Source of the DNA: Lingula anatina
Taxonomy: Eukaryota; Animalia; Brachiopoda
DNA length: 64,000 bases
Assembly (NCBI GenBank): GCA_051362555.1
Contig: CM120647.1
Location: 12,190,651 to 12,254,650, forward strand
Direction: 5' to 3'
The position numbers and the translations under genes are program-made. Under the pieces are notes generated by a model, which saw nothing but the letters and a program-made list of their open reading frames with translations, had not been told where the DNA came from and did no database searches. How positions within the stretch are numbered: the first letter of the stretch is position 1; each line of letters opens with the position of its first letter. Positions 34,699 to 48,088 of the stretch are shown piece after piece.

Positions 34699-35693
34699 CT
34701 TGATGTTTTCGGTGTTCTGGAGAGCGTTCGGTGATTCAGGAGGCTTCTGACCATCCAAGTCAGAGGCCCCTCTTATATACTTGACCAATGGTTAATACAT
34801 CGCGTGGTCAGAGAGATTTTCAAGACAACACGTATTATATTGTTTGCGTTAATGACACGGTACATGGCCAGTTGCTGTGAGAATGTGCTGAATGCTTGTT
34901 AGTGAGATTTGAGATGATTTTCAGAGATTGACGTTCAAAATAGCAACATTAGATGCGATGGAAGAAAAAAACATTTTCCATGGTTATAAAAAATTTCGCG
35001 ATTGAATCTATTGTAAGTCATTCATAGATATGTAACGAGAATGACAGAAATGAATACATGGTCATTTTCACATCATATTGTCATATTGTCAACGACTATT
35101 TAAGCTATTTCTCTTATTAAGAAAGAATAACGTATTGTAGCAAAACCGAAAATAATAATGTGTGTTAAAACATGATTACCTAAAGATCCTTGAAACGTTT
35201 TGTATTAAATTACAAAAAAAAAATTATCGAAACAATGTCCATTGTAACTAAAGAACGCTGCGTTGTTCTGTCATGGTAAATGACTGATATATTTATGAAC
35301 ATCTATGATTAATTCTAGTGATGGACAATAATTTAAAACCCTTCAAGTATTTATAATCATTTATGATTAACTATAATAGTATCCATTTGCCAGCTGCAAC
35401 AAAATGTGCAAGAAAACAATGTGCAAGTGTCTATACCACTTAATGTATCACAGTTTTTAAATGATTTGAATTGGCACTTTGGCGTGTTCTTGGACAAGAA
35501 GCATTTGTTAGCTGACAAGACATCGAAAGACCAAGGCAATTGTTCATCGTTTAATTAATCTGCCCCAGATTAAATGACAGGTGTAATTAGAGGGGGAAGA
35601 GGACACGAGACACTGTGTGGGGATAGTGACAAGTGGGGATTGTGATTAACTGGGGCCAAATTTTTGGCACCTGGGTGCCATAACAAACTCTCT

Positions 35694-35729
<36 letters not shown>

Positions 35730-36249
35730 AACATTAAAAGCTTTACAACTATTTCTATTACAACCAAAAACCGACTTAGTGGAGGAATGATGCAAGGTAT
35801 TTTGGAAAATTACCGAGATCTTAATGTGTCTGTGGAATGAAACAATTTTAAATGATTCGAAGTAAATGCTGTGAAAGGGACGGGGTGCAGTTTTCCATTA
35901 AAATGACAAGTTGAAGAGAAGTCTGTTTTCTAATAAATCATGTAGGCCTCTGAAATAATTGCTTGATTTATGTATTATTTACCATGAATTATTTATATTG
36001 CAATAAAAAGACCCAAAGCTCATTGTTTGCCATTAAAAGATTTTTAGGTGGTGATACTCAAACAAATATCTTTAAGGCTTTACCTAAAAGAAAGAGTCAT
36101 ATCCTTATGTGTTAGTAGAGAGAATACCCCCCCTTCTATAAAACCAAAGGGAAAAAAGGACAGAAAAAAGCTGACCGTGAATGACGACCCTGTCAGTGTC
36201 AGCACACCTGACGATTTTTTTCTTTAAGATACAAGTCGACTTCTTTTAT

Positions 36250-36313
<64 letters not shown>

Positions 36314-37126
36314 GATAACTCAATAACACATGTATATCTTCTGTGCTTTCAATGATGCCGTAGTCAACACCAATGGAGAAAAACTGGGCTGACGCTAGGC
36401 CGTCACCTCGATCTGTTGCTGACTCAAAAAACCACAAGCGAACTCTCTAATAGCAAACAGGCTTGCATGATGACAAAAAAAAAAGGTTAAGTATTTGAAA
36501 CGAGTTTGATGATATTGGCGCATGTGAATGTAGCGTGAATGGGGTTTCACAAAAACAATCGGGTCGTGTGATAAAACATGGTTCCACGTCCTGAAGTGCC
36601 TCTCAAAAACAACAAAGAAAATGGATAAATAAATTACCTGTTTGGCTTAACATTAAGACAAACAGGTAACCATTGGCTTTATTAAAATATATCATATTCA
36701 GCCTGACTCGTACTAGTAGAAGGGGGTAATTGTAGATATATCGGGGATAAACGTCTGTGATAAAACCAATGACACACATAATGAGGATGGGTATCTTGGC
36801 CATTGATAAAAGCCATTGTCGGTAATTAGAGATCTCATTTAAGATACTGTGTGCATGTGCCTGTTTTACCTTGTAACCACAATAAATGAACACTTGGCTA
36901 GTTGGGGGTGTGGCGGCAGATCCTGATATTTTTATTCATCTTGAAGACAATTACATTTTTACCTAGATATTTAAAGGTGTTTATCGTTTCGTTAAAAGGG
37001 CGACGTCGCCATTCTAACAAGGCGTTGTCATTATTCTGCATATCCGTGGAGGTTGTTTGCTATTTTTGAATGAGGTATTTATATATTCTGAATTGTAAGC
37101 AGATCTTCACGCTTTAGAGAACAACA

Positions 37127-37294
37127 CAGGGGCGGATCCAGAGATATTTTCTGACAATCTTCCAAATGATCTTTGTTGAACCATCCTTCATTTTTGACCG
37201 TCTTCCGACAGAAAAAAATAGATACTCGTCATTGCAAACTTGAAAATCTGACCGTCTTCCGGAAAACCCGGAGGACGGTCTCAATCCACCCCTA
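37127..37294. mobile_element. 168-bp MITE with 5-bp TSD CAACA
   Basis: Ends CAGGGGCGGAT...ATCCACCCCTA; the paralogous site at ~43857 is empty; a second, end-truncated copy lies at ~40462-40625. Confidence 0.8.
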
Positions 37295-37693
37295 CAACAG
37301 TATTTTTTCACAATATCCTCAAATCAAGCAGCCATGATGGAGCTGGGGAGAAAAAACATTACGTGTATATCGTTTTAAGCGACAGTGAAGTTGGTCTCCA
37401 TATGTGTTGCTTACAATCCCCTCTTGTCACTGTTCCAACAAGGTGTCGCGTGTCCTTCCCTTCCCTCTAATTATACCTGTCATTGTAATCAGGGACAGAT
37501 TAATTACACGATGAACAATTGCCTAATTAAGTATCTTTGTCTGTCGTCAACTGACAAACGCTTCTTGACCTACAAAATCCAAAGGAACCAAGTCAAATAA
37601 GATAGACGCTGTGATGCATTTAGAGCTTTCCACACTTGCATTTTGTTCTCGGACACATTTTGATAAAGCACGCCTCTGATTAAGATGTAGTAT

Positions 37694-39847
37694 TAGCCTT
37701 TTTCATCTTTTCCGGAAATGGAAATTGCATTGTGGGGAGGGGAGCCTGCTACGTCGAAACACTTACAGCGGTGCTAAAAACCATGGCTGGGTTTACGTGC
37801 TTTTTGTCCCGCTACTACAATAACAGTAAGCGAGATCGACACATGAGGTTTAATAAGGTCCCAACAAACCCGTTAGAATGAAAAATATGGTAGAAAGAAA
37901 GGAAAATATAGCAGGTTTGGATCATTAGCAGGGCACCGCGTTTGCGCTGAACATTTCGAAGGCGGGAAGAAAAACTATAATATTAGGAGATCAACGGTGC
38001 TTTAATAAAAAACAGAAATGCTTAGTTAAACAACGGATATAACGAACTATCGGCAAACAGAATTCGGGGGTAAAAATTGCGAGAAAAAAAAACATTATAA
38101 AGATTTGAAGAAAAAATTGAAGAATAGGCCGGGGCCTAAAAATTAAGAAAAGACTTCAAGCATGAGATTATGGAAAAAGAAAGTAAAAGCTGTGAAGTTT
38201 TACACGGGGATTCTACTTACAAAAAATTCAAGAATTTTCACGACTTTTTGTGTAACAACAAAGAGAAGGTTTGAAAAGTTTTGTATGTAATATCCTTTTT
38301 GTGTGTGTCTTATTGATAAGTGATCATTTAAATGTTGTAGACCCATCACAGGTTTTAGTCTCTAATAACCCTTAGCAGGGTGGGTTCTATTTTTTTTAAC
38401 GTGAGACGTTAATAAAATTTTTATTATTATGTATTCAGTCCCGTATACGTATTACTGATTTGTACAAACGGGGCTCATATTATCAAGATCAACAGAGACA
38501 TACGAAGAAGAAAGTACATCGGCTCTTGTTGAACGCGTTACCGACGAAATAAAAAGTTATTTATTTCTGAACTCAATGACAAGAGAATGGGAAAATACAA
38601 AAAATGCAGAAAAGCCTTTCTGTAAGCTACACGTACATAATACATGTATGGTAAAGACAAAATGGATAATAAACATAATCCAACAACGTATTTGTAAAGT
38701 AATACAAATATGCTTAGTATTAAAGTAGGCCTACGTATATTTAACTGTCTTAGATAGTTGAAAAGTATGAAATGTGTGGGAAACACTTTATTTGAATGAT
38801 TTAATTGTCTGTGATTGAAAACGATGAAAATACGCATGAAAACATTTTAAAATCAAAGAATTTGGCCTCTTGCTATAATTTTGTTTTTGTTTCAGTTTGA
38901 CAAAATTTTCATACTTGTCAGACCGAAAGGCTGACATTTTTTACCTGTCGTAAATTTGTAGATATATACTAGAGTACGTAAGACACGATAAACTTTAATT
39001 ATCGGCTGGGAAAGAGTCGAGAATTCCTGTCTCACTTATTTAACACTTAAAAGGTTTTAATTACATAGGAAAGGTCGTAGTTTAGGCCGCCCGCCTAACC
39101 GAACAATTGAACAAGTAACACCTGATGCCTTATCAGGTACCAAACGATTTAATCGGTTCACCGACGAACGATCTGCGTGTCAGTTTTACCTGTATACACA
39201 GTAGCTACGAGTCAAACAATGCAGGAAATCTTTTCATTTTATCACTTTAAAAATCTCTTAAGATATCCTTCAAACAATACATAAAAATCGTAATGAATTG
39301 ACACTGCCGTTACATGAGGTGATATCGCCGCAGCTTGCATATATACATGTACAAAATTGTGAAGACGTAGGCCTGCGCACCTGTCCACACTCTTGAAAGC
39401 TGTGTACGAGCCTACTGGCTATTTTGATTATATATATATAAAAATAACGAGTCTCTTTCGCATATCTTTATTTTCGGAAGCATTTAAAAGAACTCCGAAG
39501 CTTTAGTTCGTAATCACTATTGAAAATGCAGCCAAGGCTCGGACGCTTAGGTGAAGTCTAGTTGTAAAGCGCATCGTATTTAAACTGAGAAAGAAAATAT
39601 TTATTGCTTGATTCCACGTCCAAATACCTGTCCTTGCCTACAGTTTACGCATTTCTGTGCTTCAGCCACCTTTTAAGTTTGACAGAAAGCAATACACGCT
39701 TTATACGACCTTTTTATATGCGCACCTTGTACATCATCTACACCTAGCATTGCCATGCTGGAAACAGCAGAGGACCACTATGACCCCTGTGGCGCGCGGT
39801 TCCTGTTATGCGCACTTCGTATTTCCGCAAAAGATGAAAAAGGTCTA
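37694..39847. mobile_element. 2.15-kb non-autonomous DNA transposon with ~27-bp TIRs and 6-bp TSD TAGTAT
   Basis: TAGCCTTTTTCATCTTTTCCGGAAAT ... ATTTCCGCAAAAGATGAAAAAGGTCTA; TAGTAT at 37688-37693 and 39848-39853; absent from the duplicated block at ~44235; no transposase ORF. Confidence 0.82.
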
Positions 39848-40461
39848 TAGTATAGTAGGAATTGTACTAAAAATGCAACTGGCGAAGGACTTAGATTAGA
39901 ATTAATCATAAATGTTTATAAATGGATGAGTTACTAACCATTATCGTTCAACTACGAGATATCACTAGAATTAATCATAAATGCTCATAAATACACCCGT
40001 TATTTACCATTATAGGACAACGAAGCGTTCTTTAGTAACTATGAGTTTTGTTTTTATAATCGCTTGCTATTTAATAAATATGTTTTTGGGCATTTTTCGA
40101 CAATCTTGTATTTACATACATGGACTTTTTTACGATTTAAATACAATACGAAACTTTTTTTTTCTTAAACAAGTAAATTGCTGAAATAACCGTTAAGACT
40201 TTACCACAAAATTAACCATTTATTTATTTCTGTCATTATGTCTTCACATGTATTACTTACATGAATTACTTACGATATTGATTTAACACGAAACACCCTC
40301 TTCGGTACGGAAAACGTAAGTAAAGGTAGGCAATTTTTCACATAATGCTACCAAGTATGTTCTTCTTTTCTCTTCCCATTAGAAGAGAAATGACACTGTA
40401 ATTTGACATTACTCTCTGAAAATTATCTCAAACTTCACTGACAAGCATTCTTACAGCAGTT

Positions 40462-40625
40462 GGGGCGGATCCAGAGATTTTTTTCTGACAGTCTTCCACA
40501 TTTTCCATTTTTGTTGATCCATCCTCCATTTTTGACCGTCTTCCGACAGAAAAATTAGGTACTCATCAATGTAAACTTAGAAATTTGACCGTCTTCCGGA
40601 AGACCCAGAAGACAGCCTCAATCCG
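40462..40625. mobile_element. Second copy of the 37127 MITE, ~90 bp upstream of the TATA box of Gly/Tyr gene copy 2
   Basis: Similar to 37127-37294; absent from the paralogous promoter at ~44846. Confidence 0.75.
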
Positions 40626-40714
40626 GGCATGTACCGAGACATTAACGCAAACAACATAATACGTGTTGTCTTGAAAATCTCTCTGACCACGCGATGTAAT
40701 AACCATTGGTCAAG

Positions 40715-40721
40715 TATATAA
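40715..40721 (+). promoter_or_regulatory. TATA box of Gly/Tyr gene copy 2 (equivalents at ~44936, 51001 and minus-strand ~34779)
   Basis: TATATAA about 25-30 nt before a TCAG Inr-like site and ~80 nt before the ATG; position conserved in all four paralogues. Confidence 0.75.
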
Positions 40722-40795
40722 GAGGGGCCTCTGACTTGGATGGTCAGAAGCCTCCTGAATCACCGAACGCTCTCCAGGTCACCGAAAACATCAAG

Positions 40796-41119
40796 ATGAT
40801 GCTCAAAGCCGCCTGCCTTATTGCCATCGTGGCCATCGCCGCCGCTGTCCCCGGCACCAAGTACTACCCTGCCCCAGACAACAGCGGAAGACTCCTCTAC
40901 TTCCCAAACGGCTACAGAGGTTCCCAGAGCTATAGCCAAGGTATCCCAGTAGGCGGCTACGGTGGACACGGGCTCCCATACGGAGGCTACGGCGGTTACG
41001 GATACGGTGGTCTTCGCTTCCCAGCTAAAGTCGGCTATGTCCGTCCCCTGAACTTCGGCTACAAGCGCCCAATCAACTTCGGCTATGCTCATGGTCTTAA
41101 GAAGCCATTCTATGGTTAG
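40796..41119 (+). CDS. Secreted Gly/Tyr-rich protein, copy 2 (107 aa)
   Basis: Identical to copy 1 except one F>V change; 3' UTR intron 41135-41695; AATAAA at ~41941. Confidence 0.9.
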   Translation: MMLKAACLIAIVAIAAAVPGTKYYPAPDNSGRLLYFPNGYRGSQSYSQGIPVGGYGGHGLPYGGYGGYGYGGLRFPAKVGYVRPLNFGYKRPINFGYAHGLKKPFYG

Positions 41120-42370
41120 ATTTGAAGAGAAAAGGTAAGCCATATTTTTGTTGTACTCGAAGTGAATATTTTGTCTTCGTGTGGATGTAACAAAATGTCA
41201 CAAATTTTCGATTTTCACAATACCCAAATCGTTTTCATCATATTTCGAAGAATTTTGATTTTACACTTTATTCTCTTCAACTGCACCGTGGCCTTTAGAG
41301 TTTGTAACTTTGACAAAAAGTATTTTATAGTAGCCATGTAGCATTTGCTTAAAGAAGTCCAAATACGCAATGCCAAATTGGACGTTAATTGTCTTGTCTC
41401 TCATGGCCTTGGCCGTCTCCAAGACTGTCCTAGCATCTGTCAGAATAACTTATTTTTAACGCAATTCTTTTTTGAAACCTTATGCGAAAAATACAATAAT
41501 GGTAATTTAGAGGGGTTGTTTTCAGACAACAGATGACTTGCTTATCAGAAAGAAATGTACTGACTGCTTATAATAATTACTTTTGTTAGCTTCAATGATG
41601 GCCAACTTGCGAAAGTATTCCTGGTCACGTTTCTAATAGAGTAGTTTTGAAATTAGAGTTTAAGCTTCATATTTTCTTTTGCTTTGATTCTTCAGACTTT
41701 CAGGTTAAATAGAAGAGGACCGACAGTAACAGCTGAAAAAGACAATGTGTCCACAACCACCACTCCTTACGTCATTATGTCAGTCATAGGCCACGCCCAC
41801 TTTGAAGAGACATTGCACCATCTAGTGTCTAAATGAGCTGTCAAAAAGGACGTATCCACAGTGACACTTGACTCCCTTAACGTAATTTATCGTCACAAAA
41901 TGTTAAATATCTTATATTTTGTGGAAGGAATATTATACAAAATAAATAAAATATAAAACCTTTTGTAAATACGACTTAATCTTATTTTATTATTATTATT
42001 TTTTTTTTTTTTTACATTAGGAAAAAATCAGTGCTTTCTCTCTCTCTCTCTCTCTCTCTCTCATAGAGAGGGATAATCAAAAGAGGATAAATTTTAAAAA
42101 CATATGCGTGCGCCATTAACATACTTGGATTTAATAGTATCAATTTCAACCGCATTTTAAAAGGCAATAAACAAATAAATGTTCTACGTATTGCAAGCCG
42201 AGACAAGCGCATGATAAAATTGTTCATCGTGTAATTAATCTGTCCCAGATTAAAATGACAGGTGTAATTAGAGGGGGAAGAGGGCACGAGACACTGTGTG
42301 GGGGCAGTGACAAGAGGGGGTTGTTATTAACTGGAGACAGATTTTACTGGCGCCTTAACTGGGTGTCATA

Positions 42371-42458
<88 letters not shown>

Positions 42459-42983
42459 CATTAAACATAGAACTCATTGCAGCTATTTCTATTATTACTA
42501 AAAAACGACTAAGTGGAGAAATATATTTTGGAAAATTACCGGCGAGCGATATTAATTTGTCTGTGGAAAGAAACTGTTTTAAATGATAGTAATGAAATGT
42601 TATAAAAGGGTCGGGGGTGCAGTTTCTCTATTAAAATTACACATTGAAGAGGAGCCTTTTTCTAATAAATCATGTAGGATTCTGAAATAATTGCCTAATT
42701 TATGTATTATTGATAATGAATAATTTATATTGCAGTATAAAGACCGAAAGCTCATTGTTTGCCATTAAAAGATTTTTAGGTGGCGATACTCAAACAAAAT
42801 ATCGCTAAGACTGTACTACTTAAGAGAAAGAGTCATATCCTTATGTGTTAGCAGAGAGAACCCTTCCCCCCCCCCCCAAAAAAAAAAAAAATGAAAAGTG
42901 AAAATCTGACCGTGATTGGTGACCCTGTCAGTGTCATAACGACGAAATTTTCTTATTTTAAGATACAAGTAGACCTCGCTGAT

Positions 42984-43057
<74 letters not shown>

Positions 43058-45016
43058 GATAATTCAATAACACGTGTATCATCTCCACAGGGCTGCTGAC
43101 GCTAGGCCGTCGCCTCGATCTGTTGCTGACTCTAAAAACCAAAAGTAATCATTTTGAGGGCAAACTGTTTTGCATGTTGACAAAAAAGTTTAAGCGTTTG
43201 AAACGAGTTTGATGATATCGGCATATTCACCTTTGGTAGTCTTATCTCCATCGTAGAATGAAGAGCGAATGGGGTTTCACAAAAATAATCGGATCGTGTG
43301 ATAAAACATAGCTCCACGTCCTGAAATGCCTCTCAAAAATAAAATAATAATAAAATGAAGAAATAAATTACCTGTTTTGTTTAACATTAAGACAAACAGG
43401 TAACCATTGGCTTTATTAATATATATCATATTCATCCTGGCTCGCACTAGTAGAAGGGGGTAATTGTAGATATATCGGGGATAAAGGTCAGTGATAAAAC
43501 CAATGACACACATAATGAGGCTGAGTATCTTGGCCATTGATAAAAGCCATTGTCGGTAATAAGAGATCTCATTTAAGATACTGTGTACATGTGCCTGTTT
43601 TACCTTGTAACCACAATAAATGAACACTTGACTAGTTGGGGGTGGGGCAGCAGATCCTGATTTTTTATTCATCTGGAAGTCAATTACATTTTTACCCAGA
43701 TACTTGTAGATGTTTATCATTTCGTTAAAAGCTCGACGGCGCCATTCTAACAAGGGGGGTTCATTATTGTCCGGAGAAATTCTTTGCTATTTTTGAATGA
43801 AATACAAAGATATTTATATATTCTGAACTGTGAGCAGATCTTCAATCTTTAGAGAACATCAGTATTTTTTCACAATATCCCCAAATCAAGCAGTCATGAT
43901 GGTGCTGGAGAGAAAAAAACATTACGTGTATATCGTTTTAGGCGCCAGTGAAATTTCTCCACATATGTGTTACAATCCACACGTGTCACTGTTCCCACAA
44001 GAAGTCGCGTGTCCTCTTCCCCCTCTAATTATATCTGTCATTTTAATCAGGGACAGATTAATTACACGATGAACAATTGCCTTGGTCTCTTTATCTTTTG
44101 TCAACCAACAAATGCTTCTTGTCCTAGAAAATCATGAAGAATCAAGTCAAAGATAGAGGCTGCGATGCATTTAGGGCTTTCCACACTTGTATTTTGTTCT
44201 CTGGCAAATTTTGATAAATCACGCCTTTCATTAATATATAATAAGAATTTTACAAAAGCTGTAACTGGCTTAGGACTTACATTAGAACAAATCATAAATG
44301 TTTATAAATGGATGACTTACTTACTATTATCGTCCAACTACGGGATAGCACTAGAATTAATCATAAATGTTCATAAATACTTCCATTATTTACCATTCTA
44401 TAGGACAACGAAGCGTTCTTTAGTTACAATGGGAATTGTTTTTATAATCAATTGTGATTTAATAGAAAATGTTTTGGGCGTTTTTCGACAATCATGTATT
44501 TACATGTATGGATTTTTTTACGATTTAAATACAATACGGAATTTTAATTTTTCTTAAACAGGTAAATTGCTGAAATAACCGTTAAGACTTTACCACAAAA
44601 TTGACCATTTATTTATTTCTGTCATTATGTCTTCACATGTATTACTTACATGAATTACTTACGATATTGATTTAACACGAAACACTGTCTTCGGGACGGA
44701 AAACATAGGTAAAGGTAGGCAATTTATCACAAAATGCTATCAAGCATGTTCTTCTTTTTTCTTCACAGTAGAAGAAAAATGACACTGTGGCATTATTCTC
44801 TGAAAATTATCTCAAACTTCACTGACAAGCATTCTTACAAAAGTTGGGCATGCACCAAGCCATAAAGGGAAATAATATAATACGTGATGTCTTGAAAATC
44901 TCTCTGACCACGCGATGTAATGACTATTGGTCAAGTATATAAGAAGGGACTCTGACTTGGATGGTCAGAAGCCTCCTGAATCACCGAACGCTCTCCAGAA
45001 CACCGAAAACATCAAG

Positions 45017-45340
45017 ATGATGCTCAAAGCCGCCTGCCTTATTGCCATCGTGGCCATCGCCGCCGCTGTCCCCGGCACCAAGTACTACCCTGCCCCAGAC
45101 AACAGCGGAAGACTCCTCTACTTCCCAAACGGCTACAGAGGTTCCCAGAGCTATAGCCAAGGTATCCCAGTAGGCGGATACGGTGGACACGGGCTCCCAT
45201 ACGGAGGCTACGGCGGCTACGGATACGGTGGTCTTCGCTTCCCAGCTAAGTTCGGCTATGTCCGTCCCCTGAACTTCGGCTACAAGCGCCCAATCAACTT
45301 CGGCTATGCTCATGGTCTTAAGAAGCCATTCTATGGTTAG
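45017..45340 (+). CDS. Secreted Gly/Tyr-rich protein, copy 3 (107 aa)
   Basis: Protein identical to copy 1; 3' UTR intron 45355-45826. Confidence 0.9.
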   Translation: MMLKAACLIAIVAIAAAVPGTKYYPAPDNSGRLLYFPNGYRGSQSYSQGIPVGGYGGHGLPYGGYGGYGYGGLRFPAKFGYVRPLNFGYKRPINFGYAHGLKKPFYG

Positions 45341-46145
45341 ATTTGAAGAGAAAGGTAAGCCATATTTTTGTCTTGCCCTTAGTGAACATTTCTTCTGTCG
45401 TGTGGATGTAACAAAACGTCACAAGGTTTCGATTTTCGTAACTCAGAACGTTTTCATCATATTTCGAAGATATTTGATTTTACACTTTATTCTCTTTAAC
45501 TGTACCGTGGCCTTTAGAGTTTGAAACTTAGGAAAAATATTTTAAAGTAGCCATGTAGCATTTGCTTAAAGAAGTCCAAATACGCAATGCCAAATTGAAC
45601 GTTTATTGTCTTGTCTTTCAAGGCCTTGGCTGTCTCCAAGACTGTCCTAGCATCTATCAGAATAACTTATTTTTAACGCAATATCAGAAAGAAATGTACT
45701 GACTGATTATAATAATTATTTATGTTAACTTCAATGATGGCCAACTTGCGAAAGTATTCCTCGTCACGTTTCTAATAGAGTAGTTTTGAGTTAAGCTTCA
45801 TATTTTCTTTTGTTTTGTTTCTTCAGACTTTCAAGCCTAATCAAAGAGGACCAACAGTTACAGCTGAAAAAGACAATGTGTCCTCAACCACCACTCCTTA
45901 CGTCATTATGTCAGTCATAGGCCACGCCCACTTTGAAGAGACATTGAATGAGCTGTCGGAATGGACGTATCCACAGTGACACTTGACTCCCTTAACGTAA
46001 TTTATTGTCACAAAATGTTAAATATCTTATATTTTGTGGAATTAATATCATACAAAATAAATAAAATATAAAACCTTTTGTAAATACGACTTAATCTTAT
46101 TTTATTATTACTTTTTTTTTACATTAGTAAAAATCAATGCTCTCG

Positions 46146-46190
<45 letters not shown>

Positions 46191-47329
46191 AGAGAGCAGG
46201 ATAATCAAAACAAGATATATTTTAAAACATGTACGTGTGCCATTAACAAACTTGGACTTAATGGTATCAGTTTCAACGACATTTCAAGAGGCAATAAATA
46301 TATATATATATATATATATTTTTTACGTATTGCAAGCTGAGACAAGCGCATGAGAAAAAATTACAAATCGTATAACAAGTTCTCAGCACAAAAAAAAAAG
46401 AAAAAAGCATAGAAAAATGACCCTCAATTGACTTCAATTGATGTTATCATTGGCTTATTTTCGCTGTAGTGACACATTATCTGTGTTATTGGTTTTATCA
46501 AGGTATTTAAGGAAATGTCAACGGGTTATCTAGTTGGGCAGTGACCTAAAGTGAGTGGATGTAAATTATCGGGCAGTAATGCTTAATTGTTTACTTCATT
46601 TTACGCTGGTGGATATAGGAGTTTTCCAAGCGAGGGACGGAGGGGGAGGGGAGAATGAGGGAGCAGAAACAGTCGCTCTGCATATTTTGACGAGAAGAGT
46701 TTGACTCTAATATGTAGGGCACATGGATGGAAAAATGTGCTTAGTTTTGTCGCTTTTCGTTTGCAGTACTATTTTGGAGAGAGAGCCTTAATTTTGCAGT
46801 GGCTACGTTACGATGTCATGGAACACTGTCGTTTCTGTTTGTCCACAATTTGCTGTACTCAAACTGTGACTGAGACAACATTGACCAAACAACCGAAGCA
46901 ATTGTGGCAGCTTCTCTATAGCAATTGCCTCTCTTGACAGACTCCTCAGATGCTGTGGCCATTTTTTGGTTGGTATCTGTATACATCAGTTTATCATACA
47001 TTATTATATTTTTTTACATCATAGTCATTGTATCAATAAAAAAAATATTAAGCTGAACAGTGTTGAATTTGGTCACCTATAAAAGAACACCTCATCATTA
47101 TGTAATGAAAGTTAAAATACTTTACCTTTTTTAAAACTATTTATTTATCTATTTTATTCATTTATTATTTATTTATTTATTTTACTTTACGTCCAGAGAC
47201 ATATGGTTGTACAAGGCATATATCTAAACCGGAGAAGCGTTTTTTTTTTTTTTTTTTTTTTTTTGCTAATCACTGACTTCTGTTACACGATATGTGCCAG
47301 TTAATCCAAACGAGAAAATTTCAAAATAC

Positions 47330-47585
47330 ATATTATAGGCGTAAAATAACGATTACGAAAAGAGCATTGCAATGTTACAAAAAAGATAATAAAAATAAAT
47401 AATAATAAATTATAATATTATAGGCGTAAAATAACGATTACGAAAAGAGCATTGCAATGTTACAAAAAAGATAATAAAAATAAATAATAATAAATTATAA
47501 TATTATAGGCGTAAAATAACGATTACGAAAAGAGCATTGCAATGTTACAAAAAGGATTATAAAATAAATAATAATAAATTAAATT
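47330..47585. repeat. 85-bp AT-rich tandem repeat, 3 copies
   Basis: GGCGTAAAATAACG recurs at 47338, 47423 and 47508. Confidence 0.9.
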
Positions 47586-48040
47586 ATGTCTAACGTCATT
47601 TTTCTGAGTTTGCAAATGAATAATTTAAGTCCCGTAGTCACTCATTTTTACCCCTATACTTGCCCAACTTGAAAAATAGAGGTTTATACAATTTTTTTTT
47701 CCAAAAGGGCGATTGTATTTTAAACTCCTAGGACCATCCCTGCATGCATACCAAGACCAATTTAAATAAAATATAATAAAATAACGAATCTTGTATGGGA
47801 CAATTTTAGGATAAATTTAAGAAAGAGTTTAAGCCGTATGAGTTGACCAGGGTGGTCATAAAGTGTTCACACCTGCTACTGAGTTTTGGTGATATAATTG
47901 ATGGCTGGACGGGTCGTGTTAAGTAAAAATATGTTAGTGGCATTATAAGGTCTTAGGGTACAGACGCTGAAATAGGTCAGGTGCACGTGGGGTGCTTTGC
48001 CATGAAAGAGCTAACACATTTTTACTTATCTTACAAACTG

Positions 48041-48088
<48 letters not shown>

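Larger units (their letters stand above)
35520..46350. repeat. Local segmental duplication: ~35520-42220 (with inserts) directly repeated at ~42220-46350; ~33700-35660 is an inverted paralogue
   Basis: Shared non-coding blocks, e.g. 36600-37030 vs 43330-43750, 39900-40450 vs 44280-44830, 41120-42210 vs 45340-46350. The block 35550-35645 is the reverse complement of 37415-37520. Confidence 0.85.

Noticed and set aside
34300-34734. Antisense ORFs over the Gly/Tyr genes (also 40760-41143 and 44981-45313) and their 30-aa N-terminal extensions
   Set aside because: Shadow ORFs of biased codon usage; the extensions start at TTG upstream of the TATA box.
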